From Camelus ferus (lineage: Eukaryota): 64,000 nucleotides of DNA. The stretch covers positions 81,842,001 through 81,906,000 of the forward strand of contig NC_045696.1 of NCBI RefSeq assembly GCF_009834535.1. The letters are read 5' to 3'. Below are positions 37,855 through 51,700 of this stretch, in pieces. Both the position numbers and the translations under genes were made by a program. Below the pieces are notes generated by a model. That model did no database searches and was not told the DNA's origin. It saw only the letters and a list, made by a program, of their open reading frames with translations. The stretch's first letter is position 1. Each line of letters begins with the position of its first letter.

Positions 37855-40800
37855 CTGGAAACAAGAGCACAGATGAGGGGGTTAGGCCATGGGTCCCCTT
37901 GGATCCTGAACCCTGCCCCTCGGTAATTCAGCACCATTCGCCTTCCTCCCTCTTGCCCCACTGCAGGACTTAGAATATGTTAAATGGGGTCCAAGATCCC
38001 CTCACATGTTCAACTATTAAAGTGACTCTGACAAAAAAGGAGGTTGGGGGCTGGAGAGACAGAAAGGGGATCCCTGGTTTAGACCATTCATCCAAGTGTC
38101 CAAGATGAAGGGGCCAAGAGACCAATTACACTATTACATCACCTTGTGAAAGATTCAGATTAAAATTCATATCTTCCAAGCAGTCTTCTGGGATGATCTG
38201 TGTCGATTCCAGCCTGCTGTTGATAAGCTCTACCTGTGTGACCTTGGGCAAGTTACTGAACTGCTGTGTCTTGACACTTTCCTCATCTATGGAGTAAAAA
38301 TAATAATGGTACCTACACTTCTTCCATAGAGTTTGATGAAGATTAAATTAGTTAATTCATGCAGTGCTCAAAACAGTGCCTAGCACATGCTAAATACTCC
38401 AGAAAGGTTAGCTATTATTATCGGTATTACTGGCATTATTCTGTGTCAGAGCAGTAGTTTTATCTCCAGGTGTACCACACGATTTTGTCCCTTAACCATG
38501 TGCTTTTAATTCACATTGTATATAAACAGTGTGTGGTCCTAAATAGACTAAGCTAAGACTCAGTCTTCCTCTCCTGGTATCTCTCCACAGGCTGTCTTGC
38601 TTATGAATCCTGCCCCTATAGGACGTCAGGCTCCATCTCCTGCCTCCACCACTGTGCCCTGGGCCTGCTTCTACAATGATCCATTATCCCTTAAAGGCAT
38701 GTCTCCAGCCCCAGGGATTCCTGGAGGACAGACACCTGCCTTGGTCTTCATGAGTTAACATAGTGGCCATAACAGATGATGTAAACACACAATTACGAAT
38801 GAAGGAATTAACAAGTTGAATAAAAAGCATGAAGCAAAACTACCTGAACTTTATACTGTCAAATAAAATGCCAAGTAACTACTTTATTAAGAGACAGATT
38901 ATAATATGCACAATATTTATGTGAAATAAATCTGATAAGATGCTGGGAGAACATGACAAACTTAAATGTATTGTTTCTCATTAAAACACTCTCCCTTCTT
39001 CAAAATAAAGGGGGGAGTTGTACTTATTACTCTCCGTCTTTACTCAGAAAAAAGGAGAGCTAGTGGCCTGGAGGAGGCAGAGTTCATGGCAAAGCCAAAA
39101 ACGAGCCCCAGCTTCCGCCACCCGTGCCAGGACCCTCATACCAAACCTGGCCAGCCTACCTTGTGCACCAAGACCCAACTGCAAGACTGTCTCTTAGTAG
39201 GATGTGTTTTGCCAGAATTTAGACTCCACAAGGACACTCTTCCAACCATTTCCCATCTCAGTTTCTTCTGAATTAAGGGTAATCAATCAAGTATTTGTTA
39301 ACTTGAACACCCCCAGAAAGGAGCCATAGGGTGTCTGACACAAGACCTCTAACCATAGTTCTATGCCACTGTGGCTGGTCGGAGAGCCAGAGCTGGGACA
39401 AAGGAGAGAGTCAACTAGAGACCTGGGTTCTGAAATTCACGGTGCAGGCTATCCACATGCTAGGTGCCAAAGCCATGTCTGAGAATCTAAAGATGGAGAC
39501 TGAGATCTGTCCCTGTCCCCACCTAGAGTGTGAGGGACGGGACTGCAGGAAGGGATAGGCCCTCCCTAAAATGTACTCCATCTGCGGGATGGTCTATGTT
39601 CTCTGAAAATAAACCACTTGGCACTAAATGCTCAGCAAACTTAACTTCAGGAGAGGGAAGCAGAGAAGAATTTTATGTGACAGTCAGAGTCCTGCAAATT
39701 CCATGCCCAGATTTAATAAAAATTATAGCTACCATTTTTAGAGCATTTACTACATCTAAGGAGGTTAACATTTCTCATCTCGTGTAATCCTTCAAACAAT
39801 TCTGAAAGACAGGTGGTTGGTTTGATTTTAATTTTTAAAAGAAGACAACTGCAGTCCATAGAGGTTAGTTTCTTGTCCCAAATCCTCAGACTGTGAGCAC
39901 TGAGACAGGTCTACCAACAGCAGCTTTAACTTAAGGTGGGCAAGTTAAAGGGATCTCTTGACCTCTGTCATCCTGAAAGTTAAAAATGCAGGGCAGGGCA
40001 AAATGGAGCACACACCTGCCGTGCATCAGGGGCACTGCCGGTGCAGGGGAAGATGTGAAGAGGGTAGGAAGCCATCCATATCTTTGGGGAACTTTAAATG
40101 CGGTAGAACTTGACTCACAAACAACGAACAAAAAAGTTGAAACGTGCACTGATGGGGATAAGTGTCAAACACCAGGGCAGCAAGGAGGAAGTGGGGATAG
40201 AATCCGACTACAGGGGCCTGGAAATAGGAAGCACTTGAGGGGAGGCTTAAGGAAGGGCAGAGTCTCAGGAAGCTAAAGACTCATTCGGGAGAAGGCGCAA
40301 AGCAAGTGGCTTCCAGACTGCCGGCCTCAGGGCCCAGTTACTCTGCTCGTTAAGAAAACCGGGATAGGCCTTTAAGGGCGCACCATCGTTAAAGGCTAGC
40401 CGGACAGAAGACAGCCAGGCTTAGGCCCAGGACCGGGATAAACCAAGATTCCAAGCAGAAACCCGAAGGGGCGCCCCCGACCTTGCCAAATCATCCAACT
40501 GGCTCGAGGTTTAAATCTGAATTGAAACTTGCCCAGAAGTTTTCAACGGGGCATTAGGTGAGGATAGGGCCCCCGGCTGGCGTCAGGGGAGTGAAGACCA
40601 GGCAACTGTCTCTCTCTTCCTCACTCCGAGGCACAGCTGGAGGCGAGGAGGCGGCCCTTTCCCCAGGGTGAGGGGGCCCTCCCAGGGGCGCCCGCTCTTC
40701 CCTCTGGGACCCCGGAGTGTGGGGGCGGGAAGGAGAGTCACCGCAGGCCCGCGGGCCGACGCCCCCACTGCGACGGCAAAGGACTGGGAAAGTGAGATAG

Positions 40801-41290
40801 GCCCGGGGTCTGCGGGAACCGACCTGATGCAGCTAGGAGGGCCCTAACTTGGACAGGGAAACAGCCTGCGCCTGTTCGGATCGCCGGAATGCTTTCCTCT
40901 CGTTCCTCCTCGCCTCTGCGGTGGATTCTAAGGCGGGATGAAGCACTGCTAATCCATCGACAGTGGGAGCATGGGGAGGCGGGGCGACGGTAAAAAACTG
41001 GCACGGAGTTCCAACTATGTGACTATGTCTCAGTTCATTACCTTCTCAGGGTGACTCGGCCAGTGGCCACCACTGTCATCTCAAATTCCAGATAAGAAAA
41101 CCGAGGCTGACAGAAGTTAAGTTCAGGGCTGCCTAATTCCGCCACAGCAAAGCGGAACTGAAGGTGTCAAAATGTGCCCCAAAGTCTTCCAGCCCCCAAA
41201 TGTTTCTGTGAACGCCGCCTAATGCCCCCTCCCCCGTCTGCCTGGAGAGTAAGGGTTTAGGAGCAGCCACTTGCAAGGCGGGGTCCTTAC

Positions 41291-41516
41291 CCGGCAGGAT
41301 GAGAATATCCACCAGGGGCTTGCAGTGGTACAGCCCAGTGGCCATGACGCAGTCGGCCCACAGCCCCTTTGAGCCCAGCTCGTCCAGCTTGCGGCAGGTG
41401 GGGATGGTGTAACCGCAGGTCACCACCCAGTCATTGGTGGACGTGGTAACGATGATGCCGATCCAACCCACGAAGCTCGTGACGAAGCCCACTACCAGCA
41501 GGCATGTGGCCACCAT
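41291..41516 (-). CDS. CLDN11: Claudin-11 exon 1 coding part (226 nt)
   Basis: Strong Kozak gccacgATGG. MVATCLLVVGFVTSFVGWIG...W..GLWADC..C claudin signature. Donor CGG|GTAAGG. Confidence 0.97.
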
Positions 41517-41774
41517 CGTGGCCAGCGTGGAGTCCCCACGCCTCGCCGCTCACTAGCTGTGCTCGCGCCCGGGATGGACGGCGCCTGCCCTGGTCCTCCC
41601 GCTCCCGCGCTCGCGAGCCGCTGGCCGGCGACGGCGCGATGCGGGACGCTGGAGGCGGCGAGAGGCCACGAGACGCTGCGAGCCCAGCTGCGACGGCGCG
41701 AGCGGCGCACGGCGGGGACAGCGACGGGCGCAAAGCTCGGACAGCAGCTAGGCCGGGCAGCGCACCCCTGCCCC

Positions 41775-41905
41775 CCTTCTTAAGCCCCGCAGACCCGGCA
41801 GGCGAGCGCCAATCCGCGACGGCCTCGGGTCGAGACGGCCAATCGGGGGGCGGGGTCCAGAGAGGGGTGTGGAGGGGAGCCGGGTTAGGCAGGGGGGCCA
41901 ATCCC
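41775..41905 (-). promoter_or_regulatory. CLDN11: CLDN11 core promoter: TATA-like element, three CCAAT boxes, GC box
   Basis: Minus-strand CTTAAGAA at ~41777-41785. CCAAT at 41809, 41839 and 41898. GGGGCGGGG at ~41847-41855. Confidence 0.7.
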
Positions 41906-44900
41906 GCAGCCCGCCCGCCTGCGTCGCGCGGTTAGAGTTGGAAAGTAAAATATTTCGATCCAGGTCCAAGCAAAGGAGGGCCCGCGTCGGGCGCGAGTTG
42001 TATTTTGCTGCGAATTATTTCTCTTCTTGCTGCTTCATTCTCATCTCAGTCCTTGAGTCTCCGCTTCGCTCCATCCCTGCTCAATTTCTGCCTACCCGCT
42101 CCTTCCTCCCAGCTGAGAGCAGGGACCGTGGTACTCCCTAGGGTGCCAGTTTCTCCTCGCCCAGGATTGTAACTGATGAGATGAGCATTGCCCTAAGGAA
42201 CAGATGCGAAGCATTCAGCACACCATGGTTATTGGTAGAAAGAAAATGATCCTTTCCCCGTGGTCGAAAATCTTTAGAGGCGGCCATGGCCATGGTAATG
42301 GTAACAACAATAGCAACTCACATATATGCATCTGTGTCACGTACTGTGTGCTTGACTTTGCGTATTATCTCATTTAATTCTCTTAACAACCCTCTGTGAA
42401 CAAATGTCACACATGATATTCATGGACAAACAGCAGAGGGTAAGTTGCCCTAGTTCACATAGCAAGGAAGGAGTAGACTCCACGGGCCCATCTAACTCCT
42501 CCTCACTAACCATTCCTGGGAACCTGTCCTGATGATCACTTTCTGAAAATTCCTGAAGTGTTCGATTTCGACATTAAAAGCTACTTACTATAAATAAGTT
42601 AGTATCTGTACTCCACTGAGAACACTGTGTAGCCTAGAGTGGTCTGCAAGGGTAAGCTATCATCTTCATCATCACCACCACCACCACCATCGTCGCCATC
42701 ATCATCAGCTTCAAGACACCTTTTCTCCATGCATTCAAATAAGATCCATTACATGTACTTTTGTATCAAGTGGAGAAGTCCTCCTTGGGCTATATTTACA
42801 TTAAACAGTTTTAACTCCCTTTGATACAGTTGGGTTATCAACAATCATGAGATTTAAAGGTGAGAAGGATTTCAGTAAGCATGAAACTTCCTACTCAACA
42901 CTCTGAGAGATGGATCATAAATCACAGGTACTAACCTTTCCTATATTTATGCTGAGTGTCAGGGCAAATCACCCTGTTTTCCAGGGAAAACTGGCCTCGA
43001 GGAGACCCCAAAGAAACCAGGTGCACAGACTGAAAAGGCTCTGTAATAGATGACAGAGTGTCAAGAACCAGAGCAGCAATAATCACCCAGGAGAGAATGC
43101 AGGCCAGACTGCCTGGCTGCAACTCCTGTCTCAACCGTTTACTACCCGTGGGTTCAAGTTACGTCACCTCTCTAGGCCTCAGTTTCCTCATTTGTAAAAT
43201 GAGAATTAAAATCGTGCCTAACTCATAGGTTTCTTGATGATTATGTGATTATGTGTGCACATACAGAGCTTTAAACAATGTCTGGTACAAAGTAAGGCCT
43301 CAGGGAACCTGGGCCACTATTACACATGATATACAAATATGATGATTCAGAGCTTTTGCTTTTGCACTCTTATGGATTCACACAAGTTTGATTTGTGGAA
43401 ACTACTATATTACAGGAAGATGTCCCTTTTTCAGCGAGTCATTGTGTTCGGGGGCATTTCATCACCAGGGTCTATTGACCTGACTGTTTTCAGGTATTTC
43501 CTTACAACATAAAAAAAAGAGCTTTGGTATGAAGTACAACATGAAATACAAAACAAAAGCAACATCAGTTTATTGAAAAAGCAGGTCTGAAATCTGCACT
43601 ACTGTGACTCCATGAGCATTTGATATTCTAATGATAAAAATTCAACCAATCATAATTCAGCAAAGCCCAGATCACCCACAGGTCACACACAGAGGCATCT
43701 GTAGAGTCAGGTTTCAGAACTCAGGCACTAACTGGCAGAAAGAGTTGTGAAGTTAAGATCTTGGGTTGTAACTTCCTGAGTTCATATTCCAACTTTATCA
43801 GTTGGGCTATCCCTTAACCTATGTGACTGTCGGGTTTTTCATCTATTAAGTCAGAATAGCAGATGCTCCCATAGGGTCATTGTGAGAATTATTAAGTGAG
43901 ATAACTTTTACAAAGTACGTAGCACAGTGCCCAGCACAGGTGGGCACTCTTTAATGTTGTCTACTGTTGGTATTATTCATAAGCAATACAGAAAGATTGG
44001 AAATATGAGTTGCCTTTGATAAAGACTAAAACTAAAATGATTAGGTTATTATTATCATTATCTATTAATGGGAGAAAAAATCCCAAGATGAAGGTCTAAA
44101 CGATCACAGCATAGATATACAAAAGGCCACTCAAGGGAGGCCAGCAAAGTATACCTGTGTGACTCAATTAGCCATAAATAGAGTGTGTCCCTTGGAAAGG
44201 AAGTTGGGCAGCCATGGAAGCACAGAGAAGTGGCAAGAAGCAGAGAGGCCCTGAGAATCCTCTACTGTCCATAGGATGTGGAGGCAACATTGTGGCCACA
44301 GAATCTGAGGGTGTGGTCCCTTTGGCAAGGTTCCCTGTAAAGTGGGGATGTCCCTCAGGCTGTCTTAGCCAAAGGGCTTTTCCTAACAGCATCCACATTC
44401 TTTGGCTGTGACTCTACTTCCCTAGCCCTCCTTGTGGTTAGAATCTGACTTCCCACATAGCATAACTTAATAAACTGACATTCCAGGTCTACCACAGTCC
44501 CAGGCACCCCGTTAGTTGTGAGAATCAGTCTCTCAGGGTCCAGTTACCCCTGATAAATATCAACAATGGATCTGCAGACCTCCCAGACAAAGGCTTTTCC
44601 AGTTAACTTTCTCTTAGAAAATCCTGCCATGCCATCTCTTCACATTTCTATAGTATATATCAGAACTAGTAAGGTATATGTGAAATCTAATTCCAGGCCT
44701 TCCAATCCTAAATTCAATGTTCTTTCCATTTTGGAAAATCTAAGAAGCATCTTTCCTATGGGCTTGAGCATAAATTCCTCAACCTTATTCTTATTCAAAG
44801 AGCTTTAAAGGGGAGATTTAGAAAGACAGTCAGTGTCCTAAACCCCAGATGTGCACTGAACAAAGGAAACAGACTGGTTAACTGTTCTTTCTACCATTAC

Positions 44901-44934
44901 ACCTAAAAATAGTTAATAAAACTAAGTGTGAAGT

Positions 44935-45345
44935 AAAACTGAGTGAAGTAAGCCAGAAAGAGAAAGAAAAAATCACATTATATCACTTATATGTGGAATC
45001 TAAAAAAAAAATACAAACAAACTTATTTACAAAACAGAAACAGACTCACAGACATAAAAAACAAACTTATGGTTACCAAAGGAGGAAGGGGGTGGGAAGG
45101 GATAAATTGGGAGTTTTTGAGATTTGTAGATACTAACTAATATATATAAAATAGATAAACAAGTTCATACCTTATAGCATAGGAAACTGTATCTAATATC
45201 TTGTAGTAACCTATGGCGAAAAAGAATATGAAAACGAATATATGTATTTTCATGTATGACTGAAGCATTATGCTGTACACCAGAAATTGACTCAACATTG
45301 TAAACTGACTATACTTCAATAAAAATACATAGATTAAAAAAAAAA
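44935..45345 (+). mobile_element. L1 3' end fragment, related to the L1 at 13431-14342
   Basis: gagtgaagtaagccagaaagag...atgtggaatctaaaaaaa...acaaaacagaaacagactca shared with ~13951-14060. Ends in AATAAA and an A tail. Confidence 0.85.
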
Positions 45346-46619
45346 GAAACAGCCTGAGCGTTGGAGCACAAATGCATGTCATACTGGCAAACGTGTTTGC
45401 AGACAAGTGCTCATTGAAAGCAAAGCTTGGGCCAAAGGAGTGGACTCACAGTGCCTACTAGTGGTTTTCTTCTATCATTGCATAGCTGATAAAAACATTT
45501 TCTGTGTAAAAGGGCCTATGACTTGTAGGCAAACATGATTAACCGCAAATTCCAAATGTGTTATCACTATATCCAAATGGAATGAAATCTGTGAAAGATT
45601 TCCTCATATATTAAGAAAGATGCATCTCTTTAGGAAACTAAGCATGAAAACATAGGACATACATGGGCAAGGGCAGAGGGAAGACCTCTCTTGGTCTCTG
45701 AAACCATCTGCTGTGCTTGGTAAAGTGGAGATTTCTTCAGTAGGAGGGAGGTGTGCTACTCGGGTCCCAAGCAGGAAAAGCTCTGATTACCTCGAGACAC
45801 TGACATCAGTCAAGGTCTCTCCATCAAGAGAAGAGCAGCACATTCACAAATAACTTCCATCTAGAATTTCAAATTCCACTAGTGAAAATTTTGCCTTTTT
45901 AGGGTCCTATTTCTTGGCCTTCATGGTGCAATTAAAATACCATTCTTTCAGAAGCCATGTTATTCCAAATTTCCCCTTTGTCCACTTGGAGATAAAGCAA
46001 AATGATGAAAAGTTTTACTTGGAGTGTTAGGGTTTGAGTCTTTTCCAGAATGTTTTCTCTCTCTGCTTTCAAAGAGCCAATTCTCTTTATCTGCTTCTCT
46101 ACCAGAAGTTTCAGATGGTACGATGTCTAATCCAAGCAATGAGATCACACTTTCTGAAGAGCAGTAAAAGTCCTTAGTTTTAGCTCAAACTGGAGGTCAC
46201 ATTTTCTGAAAATATAATAGAAATATGGTATGTAAGGATGAAAGGGAAATTAACTAGAAAGTCACACCATTAAATTTGCTTGGATATCAAGAAGAGGTGT
46301 TTGCATTTAGCTATCTAAGACAACAAAACGCAGAGCAACTTGTCTTTAAGTCTTTGACTGAAAATGTATGAATTATAAAGTGACTAAAACTATCACGTCT
46401 CCTCTTATTATTCACTCAGTACATAATATAAAATCACAAATTATGTTACCAACACTATACTATTCCGTAAAAAAAATGGCTAGAAGAGAAGCCCATGTCT
46501 CAATTATACCAATAGTTTTGTTTCTTTGTTTCTTACATAAATAAAGATCCTATTTTATGAAATTAGCCTGAATGGGAACATTCATGGACACTGAGATCCA
46601 AGGGGGATATCAGAGCAGG

Positions 46620-46860
46620 GAGGTCAAAGGCACTGTATTGGAATCTTGGCTCCATTACTTACTAGTTGTGTGGCCTTGGGCAAGTTATTTAACCTCTCTG
46701 TTAAGTAACTCTGTTTAGTAACTAATGTTCTGTTTCCTGCCAGTAAAATGGTCTTTAAAATAGTAATTTTTTCATGATAGCTATGAGAATTGAATGCATT
46801 ACTGCATGTAAAATGCTTGGAGCAGTGCCTAACACAGATAATATTCAATAAATATTAGCT
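46620..46860 (+). mobile_element. MIR SINE; similar MIR relics near 2580-2740, 21490-21630, 38200-38420, 43085-43320, 43730-43960, 50040-50225 and 51280-51530
   Basis: MIR core: ttactagttgtgtggccttgggcaagttatttaacctctctg...gtaaaatgg...aaatgcttggagcagtgcctaacaca. Confidence 0.7.
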
Positions 46861-48615
46861 TTTATACCAAAACTAGTTAATCAGTTGATTGTAAACCTAC
46901 CTGAAATCAATATAATCTTAACCTTCATATTACACAGCAGTGAAATTTAAAACATTTCATAGTCTGATAGCAAAAGTACAAGAATTTGAAAGGAAAGCAA
47001 ATGCCATTTCTTCCTCTAATTACAAGTCCTTTTTAACAGCTAAGATACTTCTAGTCACTCTCCTTTTTTTGACATTAAGATTTGACAACTAAATAGTTCT
47101 TTTTTAATCCACTGATGATGTTTTTGCTAGGAATTAGCTCGGCCACTGGGGGGCTCTCACAGTCTCTCGTTAGTGCTATTTAAAAGTGATTCACTGAAAA
47201 TAAAACAAAGAACAACCGTTACAAAATACCAGTAACACAACTGATAAACCCCTTTTCAAAAGTAATTCAGCAGCATATAGCAAACAGAATAGTATACGTA
47301 TATTCTTTGACCCAGCTTCTAAAATTCTATCTAAAAAATTATTATGAAAGTGCTCAATTAACTTTTTCAATTTATATTTCAATTCAGTGTTCAAGAAGTA
47401 GATGATCTGTTACAAAACATTAATTTCAAAATGTAAATTTTTCAATTTTATTTCAAAATATCTGTAGAGTTGGAGACTGGTTTTTGAATATATAGAAATA
47501 TATTTGGAAAATAGATACTGAAATATGAACGAGCAGCTCCTTGGCGCAGCGAGACTGAGGGGCTTTTCCCTCTTCTGTCCTTTAGGCGTTTTCCAATTTT
47601 CCATAATGAACATGAGTTGATTTTAAAGTGAGAGGAAAAGAAGTTTTTCATTTAAAGTATTTTTGATATTTTAAAGTATTTTATAAGGGACTACAGAGAG
47701 TACTCATGTGACCATCCTGATAATTATGTTACTACCTCACTGGTGGCCCTCTTTACCTTCAGCAAAGTTCAAACCCTTTAGGATGGAACATCAAACAGGC
47801 CCTTTATGACTCAAACCCCTCGACAAGCTCCCTTCCACCGTACAGCCCCTACTCCAAGCAGTGTCCACACCAGTCATAAGGAACTCCTTGGCAGTTCCTC
47901 ATAGAGGAACGTCACACTTTCTCATCCCCTACGTTTTATACCTGCTCTTAATTCTGTAAGAAGTGACCTTTTCACCCAGCTACTTTCCAGTCAGCCAAAA
48001 TTAGCCCAAGAACCTCCCATGACAGGACTTTCCTACCTCTTCCTATGAAGTTCTGAAGGGTTCCCATAACACCTTGTGCATGCATTTATCAAAAGATAAA
48101 TTACCCAGATTATCCTATCTAGTTTCTAATTTAACCGTGTGAATTGTCGTCTCAGAAAGTATAACTTTGCATTCATTACTAGCCTCCAACTATCCTCACG
48201 CAGATCCTTCTGCCTAGAATTCTTTCCAACATGGCCACAGCCCTCTCTCTCCAGCTCACATCCCTCAAAGTTCCATCCAAAACTTATGTGGAATAGGAAC
48301 ACTTCTCACCCTCCAGGTGGAGTGAAGTCTACTCCTCCTGTCCCCCTAGCCCTCTGTATAGGACTTAGCCATGCTGCTTTAAAATTATCTATTCAGCTGG
48401 CCAGGAGATCCTCAAAGGCAGAAGCTGTGCCTGACTCATTCCAGTAAGTCCAACATCTAGCAGAGTATCAGTGACAGACCAGAGCAAACAGTAATCATTG
48501 TTATCTGAGCTAAACACCTTCTTTTAAAACTTTCCAAACTAAAGTTCTAGTTTTAATGTCTAAAACACTGTGGTTTTAACCAAGATGATTCTGGAGGGAA
48601 GTCCTGGTCCTGTCC

Positions 48616-48782
48616 TGTGGTAAGCAGCCTCTAAGATGAGTCCCAGTGACCCCCACCTCCTGATTGTCACACTCTTGTGTAGTTCCTCCCCAATGTTCCA
48701 GGGTGAGTCTGTAAGAACAAGAGCATAGGACAGAAGTGATGGTATATCACTTGCAAGATTAGGTTATAAAAAGACTGTGGCT
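48616..48782 (+). mobile_element. MLT1-type LTR 5' portion, truncated by an L1
   Basis: tgtggtaagcagcctctaagatg..cccagtgacccccacctcctg...gattaggttataaaaagactgtggc. Confidence 0.6.
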
Positions 48783-51700
48783 AAATAAAAGAGTGGTAAG
48801 AAAAATGATGAACTACGAAACTCCAAGCCCTCATTCTCCACAGCAGCATCCAAAAAAGAGAGAGACAGAATGCTGGGACCAACTTTGTTGATGCTCTGGA
48901 AAATAGTCAAAGGTTTATAGCAATCAAACCAACACACAATCAAGGAAAAGCCATTCGTAAAGCTAGGAAATACAACTTTTTATTTCATAATTAGAGCTAA
49001 GATTTAGAATGCAAGCACCTGAAGATAGAAACAGTGTTTTATTTTACCTTCACACTGAAGTACTTGGTGAGACAGAAAGAAACCTGACCAAGGAACAGGA
49101 ACACCAATTTTCCATGAAGTGAAAGAGATTCTAAGAGTATTGGGTGCTTAAGCTCAGAGTCAAGTCTTGGCATGTCAGAATCTTAATCAGGAATAAAAAT
49201 TCTTCCCCGTGTCAGTAAGCAATATCCCAGGAAGTTCCCTACTTACAAATGGTTTGTGTTACAAAGTTTTGTTTGGAAATTAAAATGGAGAAACAATCAT
49301 ATAAAAAAAATTACAGAGCCACTGATGAAATAATTGAGAAAATTTGCAATGCAAAAACGTTATATACAAAGCTCTGAGTCAGGGTTTCTGCTGAGCAGGA
49401 TGGTGGTGCCTTTTTAAAAATTCTTTTCCTAATGCTTGGGGATTATTCTGATTTGTGGGGCTTCTTCACGAGGTAGAAGGCAGAAACTTGGTTCCCTTCC
49501 TTGTAGCAAGGGTCTCAGATTTCCCCTCCTCTCTATTTATATTCTAATGAGAAGGACCTGGGGAAGGAGGAGGCATGTGGAGCACATTCTGGTGAACCGG
49601 GCAGCAGTGAGGTCCAGCTTTAAAGAAGCAGGTGTCTGGGTGGAGCCCGTTACCCAGCTCTGGTGACTGGGGGCCATTCCCTTGAGCCCAGTGCCCGGAA
49701 CAGTAGGACCCCCATCAGAGCAATGGTGGTGTAATTTGTCAGCAGTTCCTGACTGCATAGCCTCCTAACCTGACTTTGAGACCCTCTCTCAGACATTGTA
49801 CAAACTGCTGACTCTTCTTTAATCAATTCCTTTCATATTAAAACTAACTAGAGTGGGTTCCACTATTTGCAACTACAATATCTGATGTAGTTTCTTCCCC
49901 AGTGATGTTTGGGATGACTCGCTTAGCAGCGGGGTGGGGGTACATGATCTTTTCCTTGTCTTTGCCCACAAGCTGCATTGATTCCACACACCAGAGTTAA
50001 ACAAAGTTGCAGGTATTTTTGCGTCAGTCCCAGAAGCAGCCTGTGAAATGGAAAGGACATTGGATCCGGAGGGCAGGCCATGGCTCTAGTCTACCTTACC
50101 ACTCTCTTGCTGCAGTGGTTTTATGCAAGTCATTTCTTCTGTTTAGGCCTTAGTTTTCTTATTTGTGAAATAAGAGAATTATACTCAACAAACTCTAAGG
50201 TCCCTTCCAATTTCAGCAGCCTGTGATGAACCGCTTTGGTGTTTTTATTATTTGAGAGTTTTTATTATTTGAGAGTTATTTCTGTTGTCCAGATCTGCGC
50301 TATCTGATACATGAGCTACTAACCACATGTGGCTATTTAAGTTTAAGTTGACTAAAATTCAACAAGTTTACAAATTTAGCTCCTTAGCTGCACTAGCCAC
50401 ATTTTAAGTGCTCATTGGTCACATGTAGCTACTGGCTATCATATTGGACAGTGCAGATATGGAACATTTCCATCATCGTGAACATTCTCTTGGCTAACAC
50501 TGGCCTAGATGATAATGCCACTTGTCTACTTCCTTTGTTGAGATGCTGGGTGTTCTATTGTATTTCTCCCTGTGTACTTGAAAGATCAACATCCATTGTA
50601 TTAGCCATTCAGCTTGCCCCAAATGGAATTCCTTATCTACTCTTCCCTCTCTCAATAGCCCCTTTGTCCCAACCCTACTCTCTCCTCTATCTTAGGGAGT
50701 GGCATCCCATCCACATTAACCAAGGCAGAAACCGTGGGGTCAGTCTGGAAATGTCCTTCTTCATCTCCCCCCACATTCCCCATTTTGGTCCCTGAATTCT
50801 GTCATTTCCTCCTATTAAATATTAAGTGAACATGCCCTGTTTCCTCACTTCTGTGGTGTCTGCCATCACCGAGGCCCCCCCTCATCTTCCGCTTCCCTTC
50901 TATTATGAACCTCACCTTTACTTTCTTCCTCATTCCAGTCTGTCCCCTCAATTTACACCCAGGGTTATTGAATTAAAACAATTTGCAGACAAACCAACAA
51001 AAGGCAGTTTCAATTCACCCTTCTCCTTCCTCCACAGCCATGTATTCAACTGCCTTTTCCAGACTTAACATTTAGTCCATGCACAATCGCGGTTAACTTT
51101 TATTCATTTCCCATTTTCTTCTTTCATTCATTTTCTTCTTTCTTTTTGTGCGTGCTTGTGCCCCTCTTCCTGTATAGGCCTTCTCAGCACGCGGTTCAGA
51201 GGTCACCTCAGTAAAGTTCTTGCTGACTCCCCTGGAAGATTTAGGGGCCCCCCATGGGGTGCTCTGCCATCCTGTAGGTAAGGGTCAGTAGCTGGGGCTC
51301 AGGCTCTGGCGTCCAGCTGCCTGGGTTTGGATGCCTCTTGCATCACTATTTACTCTATAACCAACTTGACAGCTCTGTACTTGACTTTCTGCATCTGTAA
51401 CATGAGTACTAGTAATAATACATCCCTCCTTCATTGGGCCTTTTTTAAGAATTACATGACATATATTTAAAGTGCTTAAAATTGCACTCAGCATGGGGGA
51501 AGCACCTAATAATTGTTCGTTGTTGTCATCATCATTATACTCTCTCTTGCCATCTTGTTCATCCTCTGGATGTTAGCAGACTGAATGGCAACGCTGATTT
51601 TTTTTTTTTTAAGAGAAATCTAGGATTCTCCTTTCTCATGGGTTTGATGAATTATATGTAAGCTCCTTGAGAGCCAGAATCATGAGGTTGCTTTCTCCTA

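Larger units (their letters stand above)
40300..42140. promoter_or_regulatory. CLDN11: CLDN11 CpG island covering the promoter, exon 1 and proximal intron 1
   Basis: Very high GC/CpG density around the first exon. Confidence 0.85.

Noticed and set aside
41431..42141. Several 70-156 aa ORFs over the CLDN11 5' region
   Set aside because: CpG-island artefacts with Arg/Ala/Pro/Gly-rich low-information translations. I saw no upstream ATG in the CLDN11 5'UTR.
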